Origin: a virus
Lineage: Duplodnaviria > Caudoviricetes
Length of the DNA: 42,995 bases
IMG/VR virus record: IMGVR_UViG_3300049458_000001
Location: 1-42,995 of that record
Strand: one strand, 5' to 3'
Made by a program: the position numbers and the translations under genes. Below, one piece after another: positions 42,765 to 42,995 of this stretch. The notes under the pieces were generated by a model. It searched no databases and was not told the DNA's origin. It worked only from the letters and a program-made list of their open reading frames with translations. The stretch's first letter is position 1; the number at the start of each line of letters is the position of its first letter.

Positions 42765-42868
42765 TGCCAGCCCCCGGTCGAGATGAGTGCTCAGCCAAGC
42801 ACATCCGTTGGGGTGTCTGCAACAATTCAACGTTTAGACAAACAGCGTCGGTTCGGAACATTACGGCG

Positions 42869-42995
42869 CTTGCGATTTAGCCGCTTCCGTCAACGCAATG
42901 ACGAGAGCCTGGATTGCGTCGGGCAACTCGGAGAGCGGCAGAGCGAGACGCGCAACCACAACGCCAGTGCTGTTCTGCCTGCTGAAAAGAACGAC
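42869..42995. repeat. Terminal direct repeat, identical to 1-127
   Basis: Exact sequence identity. Confidence 0.95.

Overview
The window is an apparently complete, circularly assembled genome of a temperate, short-tailed (P22/podovirus-like) dsDNA phage. Bases 1-127 are repeated exactly at 42869-42995, so the unique length is 42,868 bp. The host is probably an alphaproteobacterium of the Rhizobiales (Bradyrhizobium-like), inferred from the GapR homologue and other Rhizobiales-type genes. Plus strand: cro and early-right genes (CII-position gene, DnaA domain IV protein, GapR, replication initiator with iterons, putative loader, late regulator, HNH), then late promoter, TerS/TerL, portal, scaffold, capsid, head-tail proteins, three ejection proteins, tail fibre and spike, lysis region, and a 907-aa BNR-4 protein. 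Minus strand: cI, ERF/YqaJ/NinB recombination genes, HNH, Dam-type methyltransferase, XF1762 (Mom-like) protein, many small genes, xis, tyrosine integrase, an intact attP and a post-attP small-gene array. The most unusual observations are: (1) both tail receptor-binding proteins begin with Sec-type signal peptides; (2) a candidate capsid-vertex spike base and a glycan-lyase head fibre; (3) a cro-cII interval that appears coded on both strands, including ORFs that cross the assembly origin and are missing from the ORF track; (4) a hidden divergent RHH switch with paired operators; (5) several candidate structured RNAs. All family assignments come from recognising motifs by eye, not from database searches.
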